Origin: Candidatus Auribacterota bacterium
Lineage (GTDB): Bacteria > Auribacterota > Tritonobacteria > UBA1439
Assembly (NCBI GenBank): GCA_026392035.1
Contig: JAPLCX010000085.1
Coordinates: forward strand, 1,335 to 65,334
Direction of reading: 5' to 3'
DNA: 64,000 bases
Shown piece by piece: positions 9,507 to 18,576 of this stretch. Both the position numbers and the translations under genes were made by a program. How positions within the stretch are numbered: position 1 is the stretch's first letter; each line of letters starts with the position of its first letter. The notes beneath the pieces were generated by a model. It saw only the letters and a list, made by a program, of their open reading frames with translations. It did not search any database and was not told the origin of the DNA.

Positions 9507-9807
9507 GTCAGCGGCTCAGCGCGCGCTGAATCCTGCATTCCCCCTTCCTGATGATATTATTGAGGGAGCATTCCATTAAGAGGATTAGCCGCGGATTTAT
9601 ACCTTCAGTGGCAAAACAAACGCAGCCGCACTCGAGATCCGCGCACCTTTCCCCGCCGCATCCGAATCCCGCAATATTCGTAGGCTCACGCAAGAAAAGC
9701 AGCAAAATTTTTCATTGATTAAATAGATCGCTATTTGTCAATAATATCAAGGCGTCATATCACTCACAACCGCAATATATTACACAACAGATAAATTTCC
9801 AGCACTT

Positions 9808-9823
9808 TGGCATGGAAGTTGCT
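9808..9823 (+). promoter_or_regulatory. sigma54 (-24/-12) promoter
   Basis: TGGCATGGAAGTTGCT fits TGGCACG-N4-TTGC with exact GG/GC spacing, 23 nt before the ATG at 9847. Confidence 0.7.
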
Positions 9824-9846
9824 TCCTTATCCGGTAGGAGTTAGCC

Positions 9847-10035
9847 ATGAAAGAGATCTGTGAGTACTGCTTCAGCGAACTGGTAGTGGAAGACGAGAAA
9901 AGAGAAGGCAACCGCAAGTTCGTTTGGAAGAGATGTTCGAATGAGAACTGCGGGGAAACATTTCTCTTCGTGGAGTACCTCTGGCAACTGAACCTGGCGA
10001 ACTGCCAGTCCTTCCAGGTCGTCGCCAGCGGGTGA
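9847..10035 (+). CDS. Small zinc-ribbon protein (62 aa)
   Basis: CEYC ... CSNENC; AGGAG RBS. Confidence 0.6.
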   Translation: MKEICEYCFSELVVEDEKREGNRKFVWKRCSNENCGETFLFVEYLWQLNLANCQSFQVVASG

Positions 10036-10056
10036 TTCCCCGTGTAGCCCGCCCGC

Positions 10057-10252
10057 CTGCCTACGTCAGGCAAGTCCCAAACTTGCCCGCCAGAGGCGGG
10101 TGTCAAATGTCAAATAAATTCTAAATCCCAAATTCCAAAATTCAAACCATTTGCCTGCCTGCCGGCAGGCATGGATTTTGTCATTTGTCATTTTTTAGGA
10201 CGCTGCCCCTCTCCCTTCCCCCCTTTCGCAAAGGGGGGTTAGGGGGGGATTT
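10057..10252. repeat. Composite palindrome/heptamer repeat; near-copy at 41616-41816
   Basis: About 115 bp shared with 41616-41727: CCTGCC..GGCAGG, CCCGCCAGAGGCGGG, AAATCCC units, then a CCCCCTTT..AAAGGGGG hairpin. Confidence 0.8.
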
Positions 10253-10267
10253 GCTCAGGGTGCGCCC

Positions 10268-11041
10268 CTATTTTTCCCCTTTCTTCTTCCTGATCTCCCC
10301 AAGTGTGACCTCAAGAATCCCTCGCTCACGCAACGCCTCATTCGCCAGGGACTGATAATCCTCGCCCCTGCCCCTCCAATCATAGCAGATATTGATCGTC
10401 TTCCTGAGGAGCATGGCCTCATTCACAAGCTCCTCCGGGACGACCCGCTTAAATAGCCTTGCGTAGCGGCCGGAGACCAGATCCATAATGGTTGTCCCCT
10501 CCGCGAGGCGCCCTTCCCTGTTGATAAGCCCCCGGTCGAAAAGCTCTTTCAGGAGCGCCGGCATCCTGGGTTTTATCATCAATTTTTTTATAAAACCCTC
10601 TATCATACCTCCCACCCTCTTCTGAATCTCCTTATCCACTAAAGAAACAATAATGGCGCTGATCTCCTTCTGCATCTTTTCACTGTAGCGATGGGGCGCT
10701 TTCCCCGAGATGGTGTTTTTCAACACATCGACGGGGGAGATCTTTATCGGAAGCTTCATCATCTCCCTGCCCCGCTCCTTGATAATGTAATGCATTTCAA
10801 CGGTCACCCCTTCCAACTCCCTTATGAGCCTCTTCCTCTCCTCCGGCGCAACAGCGGCGATGACCTTCCGGCAATGCTTCTCCATATCGAGGAGGAGATT
10901 CAAAACAGCCGGTCCGAGTTGGGGGAAGAAAATGGATGAAAATTTGTAAAGCGCCGCGGCCTTGTCGCTGTCGAACAGATCTGAATTGACGTAGAGCGGC
11001 GAAAAAAGTTCGGCAGGAGCGTTCAATAGAGATGGTTTCAT
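10268..11041 (-). CDS. Hypothetical protein (257 aa)
   Basis: Long ORF with natural composition; no family recognised. Confidence 0.6.
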   Translation of the reverse strand: MKPSLLNAPAELFSPLYVNSDLFDSDKAAALYKFSSIFFPQLGPAVLNLLLDMEKHCRKVIAAVAPEERKRLIRELEGVTVEMHYIIKERGREMMKLPIKISPVDVLKNTISGKAPHRYSEKMQKEISAIIVSLVDKEIQKRVGGMIEGFIKKLMIKPRMPALLKELFDRGLINREGRLAEGTTIMDLVSGRYARLFKRVVPEELVNEAMLLRKTINICYDWRGRGEDYQSLANEALRERGILEVTLGEIRKKKGEK

Positions 11042-11071
11042 GGTTGATGCCGGAGTAAAGCATTATATGTT

Positions 11072-11094
11072 GTAACTGGCTCCTGAGCAGTTAC
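11072..11094. repeat. Collapsed GTAACTG...CAGTTAC element end
   Basis: GTAACTGGCTCCTGAGCAGTTAC; last 17 nt identical to 3697-3713. Confidence 0.65.
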
Positions 11095-11101
11095 GGGGAT
11101 T

Positions 11102-11728
11102 TTACACATTGTAAATATCCCCTATCTTTCTGAATGGCAGCCGATAGATAATATAGATGATAATAAAATCATCCTTGAGCAGCTCTTCCAGCCCGTGGCG
11201 CACCCCCATGAACACCAGCGGCGCCTCGCCATCCTGGAGCGTGCTCTTGATCCTCCCCGCGATAAACTCGTCCCGTTGTTTCATCAGTTCCGCACTCTCG
11301 GCCCTGTACCGCTCCAACGCCGCGGCATGATCATGGGCGGACGCGATAAACCTGGTGAGGCAATCATATTCCTTGATCAGCAACTGCTGATCCTCGGTGC
11401 CTTCGATCCGCGCCCCATTATTCAATAAATCAAGAATCAGTTGGTGATTCCGGCTCCCCTTCTCGGCAAGCTTCGACACAACCTCCCTCTCCATCCCGCA
11501 CACAGGCAGGCTGTCCTGGTAAATTCTCATAGAAGAAAAAACAACCTGGGTTTCATGAATCTTCTTGTATATCCCATCCCACATGTCTTTCACTGACTTG
11601 TCGTACTCGTTTCCCGGCTTATCCGCGTGTTTTCCGCCCCCGCTTGCTTTCAACGAGAAAACGATATCCTCGCTCTCCCGATGGGTATGAAGAACGGGAA
11701 CATATAAAAGATTGAACGGTTTGATCAT
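11102..11728 (-). CDS. Uncharacterised receiver-associated protein (paralogue of 47488-48126 and 46026-46412), possibly TraB/GumN-like fold
   Basis: Shared motifs YVPVLH, IYQDSLP, EGTED, RD.FIA.RI..TL, LVFMG..H. Confidence 0.75.
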   Translation of the reverse strand: MIKPFNLLYVPVLHTHRESEDIVFSLKASGGGKHADKPGNEYDKSVKDMWDGIYKKIHETQVVFSSMRIYQDSLPVCGMEREVVSKLAEKGSRNHQLILDLLNNGARIEGTEDQQLLIKEYDCLTRFIASAHDHAAALERYRAESAELMKQRDEFIAGRIKSTLQDGEAPLVFMGVRHGLEELLKDDFIIIYIIYRLPFRKIGDIYNV

Positions 11729-12129
11729 TGTTCGCCTTTTCTTTCGGACGCCAGGGCCTCGCTCACCACCCGCTTGACCGTTTCGATATTGAAAGGCTTG
11801 CTGATGTATTCATAGACATTCAAATCAGCCGCCTCTCTCGCCGTAAAGGCGCTGCCGTATGCGGTAAGGATTATCACTATAACATCTCTATCAACTTTCC
11901 TGATATTGCGAAGCGTCTCCATGCCGCCCATGCGCGGCATCTTCAGATCGAGAATGATCACATCCGGCTTGCTCTCGCCGTACCGCTCCAGCCCCTCAAG
12001 CCCGTCCTGAGCGGTAACGACGCCATATCCTTCATTGCCCAACAGTTCCTTAAATAACGAACATATGTCCGGTTCGTCATCTATTACAAGAACCTTATAC
12101 TCCTGTTTTTTATCTGCTTTCTTTTTCAT
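11725..12129 (-). CDS. Single-domain response regulator
   Basis: VLVIDD, D(LKMP), T(A), KPF. Confidence 0.92.
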   Translation of the reverse strand: MKKKADKKQEYKVLVIDDEPDICSLFKELLGNEGYGVVTAQDGLEGLERYGESKPDVIILDLKMPRMGGMETLRNIRKVDRDVIVIILTAYGSAFTAREAADLNVYEYISKPFNIETVKRVVSEALASERKGEQ

Positions 12130-14608
12130 AACCGCCTCTCTTTTCTATGGGTAACATAATGGTTACCGTTGTTCCCCTGCCTTCACCGTCGCTCTGAACG
12201 GTCATATCACCGTCGTGAGACTTGACTATGCCGACGCACACCGACAGCCCGAGCCCGGCGCCCTTCCCAACCTCCTTGGTGCTGAAGAACGGATCGAACA
12301 CCTTGTGCAAATCCTCTTTTTTTATCCCCACCCCACTGTCCTGGAATATAACGCGAAGCCAGTTGCCTTCCCTCGCCGTGGTAATTTTCAATACCCCCCT
12401 GCCATTCATGGCCTGGCAGGCATTGAGCGCCACATTTATAAAAACCTTCGATAACGCCTCCCGGTTAACAAAGACACAGGGGACATCCAATAAATAATCT
12501 TTTTTCAACGCTATGTGCTCAAGCGATGTCTGCCGCCCGGTTAACTCCATAGCCTCATCCACAACCTCATGCACATCCACTGGCGCCAACTGAAGGCTGT
12601 ATCCCCTCCCGCATGCAAGCAGGCTGCTCACAATCGCCCTGCAACGATCGGCGTTGCTCGCCACCTTCTCAAGCGCGTCCCTCAGTTCTTTGCGCTCGAA
12701 TTTGTCCTGCCCCAGCTTGCTCAACGCCAACTGGCTGAAACCGATCACACAGGCGAGCGGGTTATTGAGCTCGTGGCCGGCCCCCGCCACAAACGTGCCT
12801 ACGGCCGCCAGCCTCTCCGCTGTCATGAGCCGTCTCTCCATTCCCTTTTGCGTGGTAATGTCCCTTACCGTTGCCTGGACGATTACCTTTCCGTCTTGCT
12901 CCATCCTGGTCAGGAGTACGGTGGCGGGGAACTCCTCGCCGTCGAGGCGCTTATGCGTCCACTCGAAATAATTGGAGCCCTCGCGCATGGCTGTCTGGAT
13001 CATCTCCCTGGCCTTTTCGGCGGAAGCGCGCCCGTCCGGCTGCCGTTCGGGCGATAGATCCCACGGCCCCAGATTCGAGAATTCCTCCGCGTTCCTCGCC
13101 TTGAACATCTCCATCGTTGCACGGTTGCCGGAGGTGAACTTCCATGACGGAGGTTCAATGATCATGATAGCGTCACGGGAACTCTCGAAGAGGTTGCGGT
13201 ACTTGCTTTCACTTTCCCGCAGCGCCACTTGCATACGATACTGCTCTGTCACATCATGAAAGACCAGCACCACGCCGAGAATACGGCCGTCCTTATCGCG
13301 GATGGGTGCGGCGCTGTCGGCAATCAGATACTCCGTGCCGTCGCGGGCAATCAGCATGGTATCATTAGACAGTCCGATAATACCGGCTGTTTCCAGAACA
13401 CGCTTGACAGGATCCGGTGACGGCTGGCGAGTACGGGCATCTATAATGCGGAAAACATTGGACAGGGGACTCCCTTTAGATTCAAGCAGCGTCCAGCCAG
13501 TCATTTTCTCGGCCACGGGATTCATGCGCACGATCCTCCCATCGGTATCGACGGAGATGACCGCGTCGCCAATGGAATGCAAAGTAATGGCCATGTCTTC
13601 CTCACTCTTCCGCAACGCCTCCTCCGCATGGGACTGTTGGATGACAAGCGCAACGGCGCTGCTGAGTCCGTCCAGCATTTCGTCTTCAGCAGACCGCATG
13701 GGATGTTTGGAGAAAAGACTCAGAACACCTATCGCTTCACCGCCGGGAACCCTAAGCTGGTATCCTGCGAACGACACGAGTCCCAGATTGCGCGCCCATT
13801 CGTGGTTGTGGACATGGGGATCATGCTGCACGTCATTTGTCAGGAACTTGTGATCTTCGCCAGACGCGATGCGTCCGATTTTGTAACAGCCGAAGGGGAC
13901 GCGGTGGTGCGCTTTGCCGTCCAGGTGGGTGTAGCGGCCGGAGCTCGCCACCAAATGCAAACACCGGTCACGGTAGCGGCATACATGAGGCCCTTCTCTC
14001 ACTTCGGCATGGATGCAGTCCCGTTCACAAAGATCTCCGGGCCGAATCAGCCATATTCGACAAAAATCGGCGTCAAAGAGCCGGACAACGCCATCGGTTA
14101 TAGTTCTTAGTTTTTCATCAAGCAATGCCGGCGCAAGCAGCGAATGCTGGAGCACGCTGACACCATGCTGCCACAGCAACATTTTGCCATGTTCTTCCTC
14201 CAGCTTTTTCAGCTCGGTGATATCTTTGGCAATATGTACCGTGCCCGCTATCTCTCCCTTATCGTCAAATATAGGCGATACCGTAACCAAAAGAGGTATG
14301 CCTATATTTTTATCGTCCACCTCCTCGGTATGCGGCTTTTTGTCTCGCAGCGTCTTTTGATGCGGGCAATCGGGCCAAGGTTTATCGGACTTATGCAGGA
14401 TTTCATAACACTTCTTTCCTATCACCCCTTCGGCCTTTAAGTGTAATGCGCTTATAAGCGCCGTGTTGGCCTTAATTATCCTGCTTTCGTTATCCAAGAT
14501 GAAAACAAAATCCGAGATGGAGTTAAGTATGAGCTCCCACTCCTCGGCCTGCTGTTTGACTTTCTCCCCGGAATTTTTACGCTCGGTGACATCCATGAAA
14601 ACACCCAT
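12110..14608 (-). CDS. PAS-GAF-PAS-PAS sensor histidine kinase, probably 5'-truncated
   Basis: HELNNP H-box, N box, DSGVG, GLGL; begins abruptly at a PAC motif (GVFMDVTERK). Confidence 0.88.
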   Translation of the reverse strand: MGVFMDVTERKNSGEKVKQQAEEWELILNSISDFVFILDNESRIIKANTALISALHLKAEGVIGKKCYEILHKSDKPWPDCPHQKTLRDKKPHTEEVDDKNIGIPLLVTVSPIFDDKGEIAGTVHIAKDITELKKLEEEHGKMLLWQHGVSVLQHSLLAPALLDEKLRTITDGVVRLFDADFCRIWLIRPGDLCERDCIHAEVREGPHVCRYRDRCLHLVASSGRYTHLDGKAHHRVPFGCYKIGRIASGEDHKFLTNDVQHDPHVHNHEWARNLGLVSFAGYQLRVPGGEAIGVLSLFSKHPMRSAEDEMLDGLSSAVALVIQQSHAEEALRKSEEDMAITLHSIGDAVISVDTDGRIVRMNPVAEKMTGWTLLESKGSPLSNVFRIIDARTRQPSPDPVKRVLETAGIIGLSNDTMLIARDGTEYLIADSAAPIRDKDGRILGVVLVFHDVTEQYRMQVALRESESKYRNLFESSRDAIMIIEPPSWKFTSGNRATMEMFKARNAEEFSNLGPWDLSPERQPDGRASAEKAREMIQTAMREGSNYFEWTHKRLDGEEFPATVLLTRMEQDGKVIVQATVRDITTQKGMERRLMTAERLAAVGTFVAGAGHELNNPLACVIGFSQLALSKLGQDKFERKELRDALEKVASNADRCRAIVSSLLACGRGYSLQLAPVDVHEVVDEAMELTGRQTSLEHIALKKDYLLDVPCVFVNREALSKVFINVALNACQAMNGRGVLKITTAREGNWLRVIFQDSGVGIKKEDLHKVFDPFFSTKEVGKGAGLGLSVCVGIVKSHDGDMTVQSDGEGRGTTVTIMLPIEKRGGYEKESR

Positions 14609-14617
14609 CGTTTCTAT

Positions 14618-14656
14618 GTCACACCCAATCCAAGAGGCACACCCTGAATACTAACT
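14618..14656. repeat. Decayed arm(s) of the RAYT-associated repeat
   Basis: GTCACACCC at 14618 and GCACACCCTGAATACTAACT at 14637-14656, matching the 46416/47508 inverted repeats. Confidence 0.75.
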
Positions 14657-14707
14657 CCGCCATCTCACCAATCTCGGAATCAGTATTCGGGCGTTGGCCC
14701 TTTTCAT

Positions 14708-14971
14708 TCATGCCAGATTCTTTGCCCGTATAATAAGATCCGCGGTCTTCTGGCGTATGTACGCAATGAGATGACAATTCCTGCAATCGAATTTCTCATT
14801 ATCATGATCTTTGCAGGAGAGAAGGACGTCCACGGCCTTTTTCAGTTCCCCGGCGAACTCAGCCTTCTCCGCGGCCCCCTTGGCCGCGTTGATAGTATCC
14901 GTAATGCTCTTGATCGCATCCTCCTGCCTCTGAAACTTCCGGCAACTTATCGCCCTGGATTCCTTTTTCAT
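14708..14971 (-). CDS. Hypothetical protein with Cys motifs, last gene of the gvp block
   Basis: Directly after gvpK; C...C-x9-CRNC; GAGGGGG RBS before ATG 14971. Confidence 0.65.
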   Translation of the reverse strand: MKKESRAISCRKFQRQEDAIKSITDTINAAKGAAEKAEFAGELKKAVDVLLSCKDHDNEKFDCRNCHLIAYIRQKTADLIIRAKNLA

Positions 14972-14984
14972 GGCCTGCACCCCC

Positions 14985-15320
14985 TCACATTAGGTCTCCC
15001 AACGGCCCCAGGTTTATGTTGAGCTCCTCATCCTTGAGCCCAAAAATCCCTTTGAGCTCCTTTATCTTGTTCTCCAACTTCATCAGGGTCTCGCCAACCT
15101 GCTCAATCTGTTCGTCCGTCAGGCTGCCCCCTTCTATCCGCCGCAGCGCCTGTTTTTCAAGCAGCTTTCTGATCAATTCTACCAGCGTGAGCACCAGCTT
15201 CGCCAATCCCTTCTCCACGTTCTTTGGGTTCGCGTCAATTTTTTTGGGAAGGGCGTCCTGTATTTTATCAAGCTCGTTCATAAACAACTCAGGTGAATCA
15301 GTCTCGACTTTGCGCTTCAT
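14985..15320 (-). CDS. gvpK: Gas vesicle protein GvpK
   Basis: GLAKLVLTLVELIRKLLEKQALRR ... LNINLGPLG. Confidence 0.93.
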   Translation of the reverse strand: MKRKVETDSPELFMNELDKIQDALPKKIDANPKNVEKGLAKLVLTLVELIRKLLEKQALRRIEGGSLTDEQIEQVGETLMKLENKIKELKGIFGLKDEELNINLGPLGDLM

Positions 15321-15414
15321 GCAATACCTCACGTTAGCTTGCGCTAACTTAAATCCCAAATCCCAAAGTTATTGAAATTCCGAGGCTGCCAGTTAATCCC
15401 CCAGCCCAATTTTA

Positions 15415-16152
15415 TTAAAAGGGCGGATGAGGGGGGATTTTCACTCTCACAAAATTATACGGAGGCCAAGGGCCGCTGAATAAATATTTAAAATCACTGT
15501 GTTCTTTTTTAAAATGCTCAAACGCTTCCCGGAAATCTCCCGCCGCTCCTTTTTTTACAAGATAATTCGCGTCAAGAAGCAGATCGCAGCTTTTAAGCTT
15601 CTCCACCTTCTTTTCTGAAATGCAGTCTTTTAACACACTCTCCAGGGCAAGGATATGTTGTTCAGCTTCCTTTTCAAATGCCTTCTCTATTTCATGTTCC
15701 GCCAGCTTCTCCTTCATGTACCTTTTTGCCGGAGTGTCTCCCGACGCGCCTGACCCGGCCGTTGAACCCTTATGCGCGTGCGCGATGTTTTCTTTTATCA
15801 CTTCCCCCGGCCAGATAACCCTGACGCCGAATTCCACCTTGTCCCTGAGCCTGTTGATATTTTCCTTGAATTCACCGTAGTGTTTTTTAAGAATGCACAC
15901 AGCATCATCCCTTGTATTGAAGACCGTGTTGAATCTCATGGGCAGGACGACATAATTACCCATTTCTCTTTCCACCACCTCTTCGTGCCTGAGGACATCC
16001 GTTTTACCTGTATCCGTTATTCCCCTCCCTATTTCGCTCGAAATTAAACCGATATCGCGATGGGGAATATTATAGATAATCGCGCCATCCAGACCCTTTA
16101 TCCGGCCTTTGAGCTTATCACCGGAATCTATCACGCAATAGGTGTAGATCAC
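15415..16152 (-). CDS. GvpL/GvpF family protein
   Basis: YTYCVI, HEEVVE, VLPMRFNT, SGPWPPYNF; GTG start 16152. Confidence 0.9.
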   Translation of the reverse strand: MIYTYCVIDSGDKLKGRIKGLDGAIIYNIPHRDIGLISSEIGRGITDTGKTDVLRHEEVVEREMGNYVVLPMRFNTVFNTRDDAVCILKKHYGEFKENINRLRDKVEFGVRVIWPGEVIKENIAHAHKGSTAGSGASGDTPAKRYMKEKLAEHEIEKAFEKEAEQHILALESVLKDCISEKKVEKLKSCDLLLDANYLVKKGAAGDFREAFEHFKKEHSDFKYLFSGPWPPYNFVRVKIPPHPPF

Positions 16153-16155
16153 TTT

Positions 16156-16345
16156 AAATCCCAAATCCCAAACTCCAAATCCCAAATAAATCCCAAATCC
16201 CAAAATTTAATTGTCATTTGGCTTTTGTCATTCATCTGTCATTTGTCATTCTGCTGATTTGTCATTTGGCCTTTGTCATTCATTTGTCATTTGCCTGCCT
16301 GCCGGCAGGCAGGGATTTTTGTCATTTATTTGTCATTTGTCATTT
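16156..16345. repeat. AAATCCC heptamer array followed by TGTCATT array with a nested CCTGCCGGCAGG palindrome
   Basis: Visible 7-bp periodicity on both arms. Confidence 0.8.
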
Positions 16346-16346
16346 C

Positions 16347-16565
16347 CTATGTCGGCTCTTCCTGTCCCCCCGCAAACGGCGTCCCTCGCAGCTTCTCCAT
16401 GGTCTCGACCGAACTCAGCAACACCTTCAATCCCAGGTAAACAAGGTCCACATCAGCCACCGATATAACTATATCGCCGCTGATCACCACGCCCTTGTTC
16501 AACACCCGGTCGAGAACCTCGAGGAGCGTGACGTCCCTTGATTTTATTACGACTTTATCTACCAT
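16347..16565 (-). CDS. Minor GvpA-family protein (GvpJ/S/M-like)
   Basis: LLEVLDRVLNKGVVISGDIVISVADVDLVYLGLKVLLSSVET. Confidence 0.88.
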   Translation of the reverse strand: MVDKVVIKSRDVTLLEVLDRVLNKGVVISGDIVISVADVDLVYLGLKVLLSSVETMEKLRGTPFAGGQEEPT

Positions 16566-17379
16566 GCTGTTTCTCCGACAACGCGCAGAAGTTATACGGC
16601 GGCCATGGCCCGGTACAGTCAAATGAAAGACCGGAAGAAGAGAACCTATCTTTGAAATCATTTGTCGCATTGATAAAACCGCCCAGCTCATTCTTGTCCA
16701 CGAGGAAGGCGGCATTCAGGATCATATCATCGTTCCTCTCGGTAACTTCCCGCGGAAGCAGCTTGTTTATGCGCGCGCGCATGCTCAATGCGCACAGCCT
16801 GTCATACATCTCCTGACCATACTCGTTCAGCTTTTTATCAACCAGAACATCGAGCAACTCATCCCTTTTCTTTTTCAACAGAAAGCCCTTCCCAGCCGAG
16901 GAAGCGCCGATCTCTTTATCCATTTGCGCGACCTCTTTATCCTGTGTCCCGAGAAATGCCCGTAATTTACCGATATCGCAATAGAGCTTCAGCCCCCACT
17001 CCTCTTTTCCGTCGAGTTCGCTCAACAAATCCTTCAGTTCTTCCTCGTATTTCTCCAACCAGCCCCGGAGGTTCGCATCAGTTTTAAAAACAGTTCCCAA
17101 TTTGAACGGGACTACCGCGCCGGCTTCCATAACTCCCTCGATTACCTTGTTATGAATATTCGCCTTTACTTTGACCCACTCGAAATCAGAGAGATGCTTT
17201 TTCAGCCCCTCTTCTCCAAACTCCTCCCCTGTCACCGCGCTCACCACGGCGTAAAGACCGTGATGACACACCACGACCGGGGCCTTCGCGATCCCCGCCA
17301 CATGGCCTGGCGCAGGCTCCCTGTCGGTCACACAATACAGGTAGATAAGACCTTTCTCGCCACTTTCCGCATCGCTCAT
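16555..17379 (-). CDS. GvpL/GvpF family protein
   Basis: YLYCV, H..VI, VVPFKLGT, TGPWPPYNF. Confidence 0.9.
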   Translation of the reverse strand: MSDAESGEKGLIYLYCVTDREPAPGHVAGIAKAPVVVCHHGLYAVVSAVTGEEFGEEGLKKHLSDFEWVKVKANIHNKVIEGVMEAGAVVPFKLGTVFKTDANLRGWLEKYEEELKDLLSELDGKEEWGLKLYCDIGKLRAFLGTQDKEVAQMDKEIGASSAGKGFLLKKKRDELLDVLVDKKLNEYGQEMYDRLCALSMRARINKLLPREVTERNDDMILNAAFLVDKNELGGFINATNDFKDRFSSSGLSFDCTGPWPPYNFCALSEKQHGR

Positions 17380-17639
17380 TCGGATGACTCTTCCTCCTCT
17401 TTACGTCCGTACGACTGCACTTCCAGGTCGGCGCTGAGCTTGACCTTATAAATGTTCCTGTCCTGCACCTTGACCGGGAGCCCGATGGATTTCATAAAGG
17501 CGCTCTCCTCATACACCTCCGCCTCGGTCTCCCACCCGTCGCTCACCCGGGCAACCTTAATGACCTTGGCTTCTTTCGCGCTGAGCGCTTTCTTTAAAAA
17601 TTCGCTGACCGCTTTCCCCGCTTCCTGAATGGTTGCCAT
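17376..17639 (-). CDS. gvpO: Gas vesicle protein GvpO (copy 2)
   Basis: VIKVARVSDGWETEAEVYEE...YKVKL; paralogue of 27454-27711. Confidence 0.75.
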   Translation of the reverse strand: MATIQEAGKAVSEFLKKALSAKEAKVIKVARVSDGWETEAEVYEESAFMKSIGLPVKVQDRNIYKVKLSADLEVQSYGRKEEEESSE

Positions 17640-17663
17640 GACCGCACCTCCTCTCCATAAGGG

Positions 17664-17822
17664 AAATCCCAAATCCCAAACCCCAAATCCCAAAATTCAA
17701 ACCATTTGTCATTTTTTAGGACGTTGCCCCCTCCCCAAATCCCCCTCTGTCCCCCTTTTTCAAAGGGGGAGGAAATCCATCCCTCATTTCCCCCCTTTGT
17801 AAAGGGGGGTTGGGGGGGATTT
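17664..17822. repeat. Heptamer array plus CCCCCTTT..AAAGGGGG hairpins
   Basis: aaatcccaaatcccaaac..., then two hairpins of the G/C-tract type. Confidence 0.75.
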
Positions 17823-18045
17823 ACTTCCCTCTCGCCGCGTCCAATCGTTCCAGCAACTCCTTCTCCTGTCTGTTGTACTCCTCCTCATTTATCTCGTCCA
17901 GCTCGAACCTGAGCTGCAACTCCATCAGTTTCTCCTTTATCCTCCCCTCATCGGAGAACTCCTTCTGCGCGACCTCGTCGATCTTCCTCCCGAGCCAGAC
18001 AATCATCTTGAGAGGAGAGAGAAGTATATCGTCGATAAGGAACAT
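17821..18045 (-). CDS. gvpG: Gas vesicle protein GvpG
   Basis: DDILL.P...I.W....I...A..E..DE..I...L.ELQ...E..EI.EEEY...E.ELL.RL. Confidence 0.9.
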   Translation of the reverse strand: MFLIDDILLSPLKMIVWLGRKIDEVAQKEFSDEGRIKEKLMELQLRFELDEINEEEYNRQEKELLERLDAARGK

Positions 18046-18121
18046 ACCAAGACCACCTTGTTAATGACAAATGACAAATGCCAAAATCCAAATAAATGAC
18101 AAATGACAAAATCTAACTAGC

Positions 18122-18514
18122 TCAACCACTTTTTAGAGTCTTATTTATAATGCTGCTCAGGATAAGCAATAATTCTTCTGCCTCACCTAACTGCCAATCA
18201 AGTTCTCCTCTATCCTCCGGCTCCCTCACCAAATCCACCTTTTTTATCAAGCGCAGCCAGTGTCTTGACTCTCGCGCCTCCCTCCTGGCAATTCCCATTT
18301 TGTTCACAAAATCTTTCCTCGTAAGAGCTCCATCCGCTTCTTCCATATTCGCGCCGATCGAACCGCTTGCCCTGATTACCTGCTTCCCGTACTCTATCAA
18401 AGCCTGGCTTTTGTCCAACCTGCTTATCAGCCTCGCAACCCTCGCTGCAAACTCCAGGGCTCTATCATAAATGTCAAATTTTCTTCCTATTGTCATTTGT
18501 TTATCATTTGTCAT
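18122..18514 (-). CDS. Four-helix-bundle protein (TIGR02436/IVS-like) flanked by inverted heptamer arrays
   Basis: QVIRASGSIGANMEEA, F..K..IARREARES..WL; real start may be ATG 18496. Confidence 0.88.
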   Translation of the reverse strand: MTNDKQMTIGRKFDIYDRALEFAARVARLISRLDKSQALIEYGKQVIRASGSIGANMEEADGALTRKDFVNKMGIARREARESRHWLRLIKKVDLVREPEDRGELDWQLGEAEELLLILSSIINKTLKSG

Positions 18515-18576
18515 TCTAGTAGTTCGTCTCTTCCTGTGTCTCGACTCTTCTCCTGTTTGTCATTTGAAATTTGTCA

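Noticed and set aside
18122-18514. Diversity-generating retroelement suggested by the Avd-like bundle
   Set aside because: No reverse transcriptase and no template/variable repeat pair with adenine-specific differences in the window.
18122-18514. 23S rRNA intervening sequence
   Set aside because: No rRNA sequence flanks the gene.
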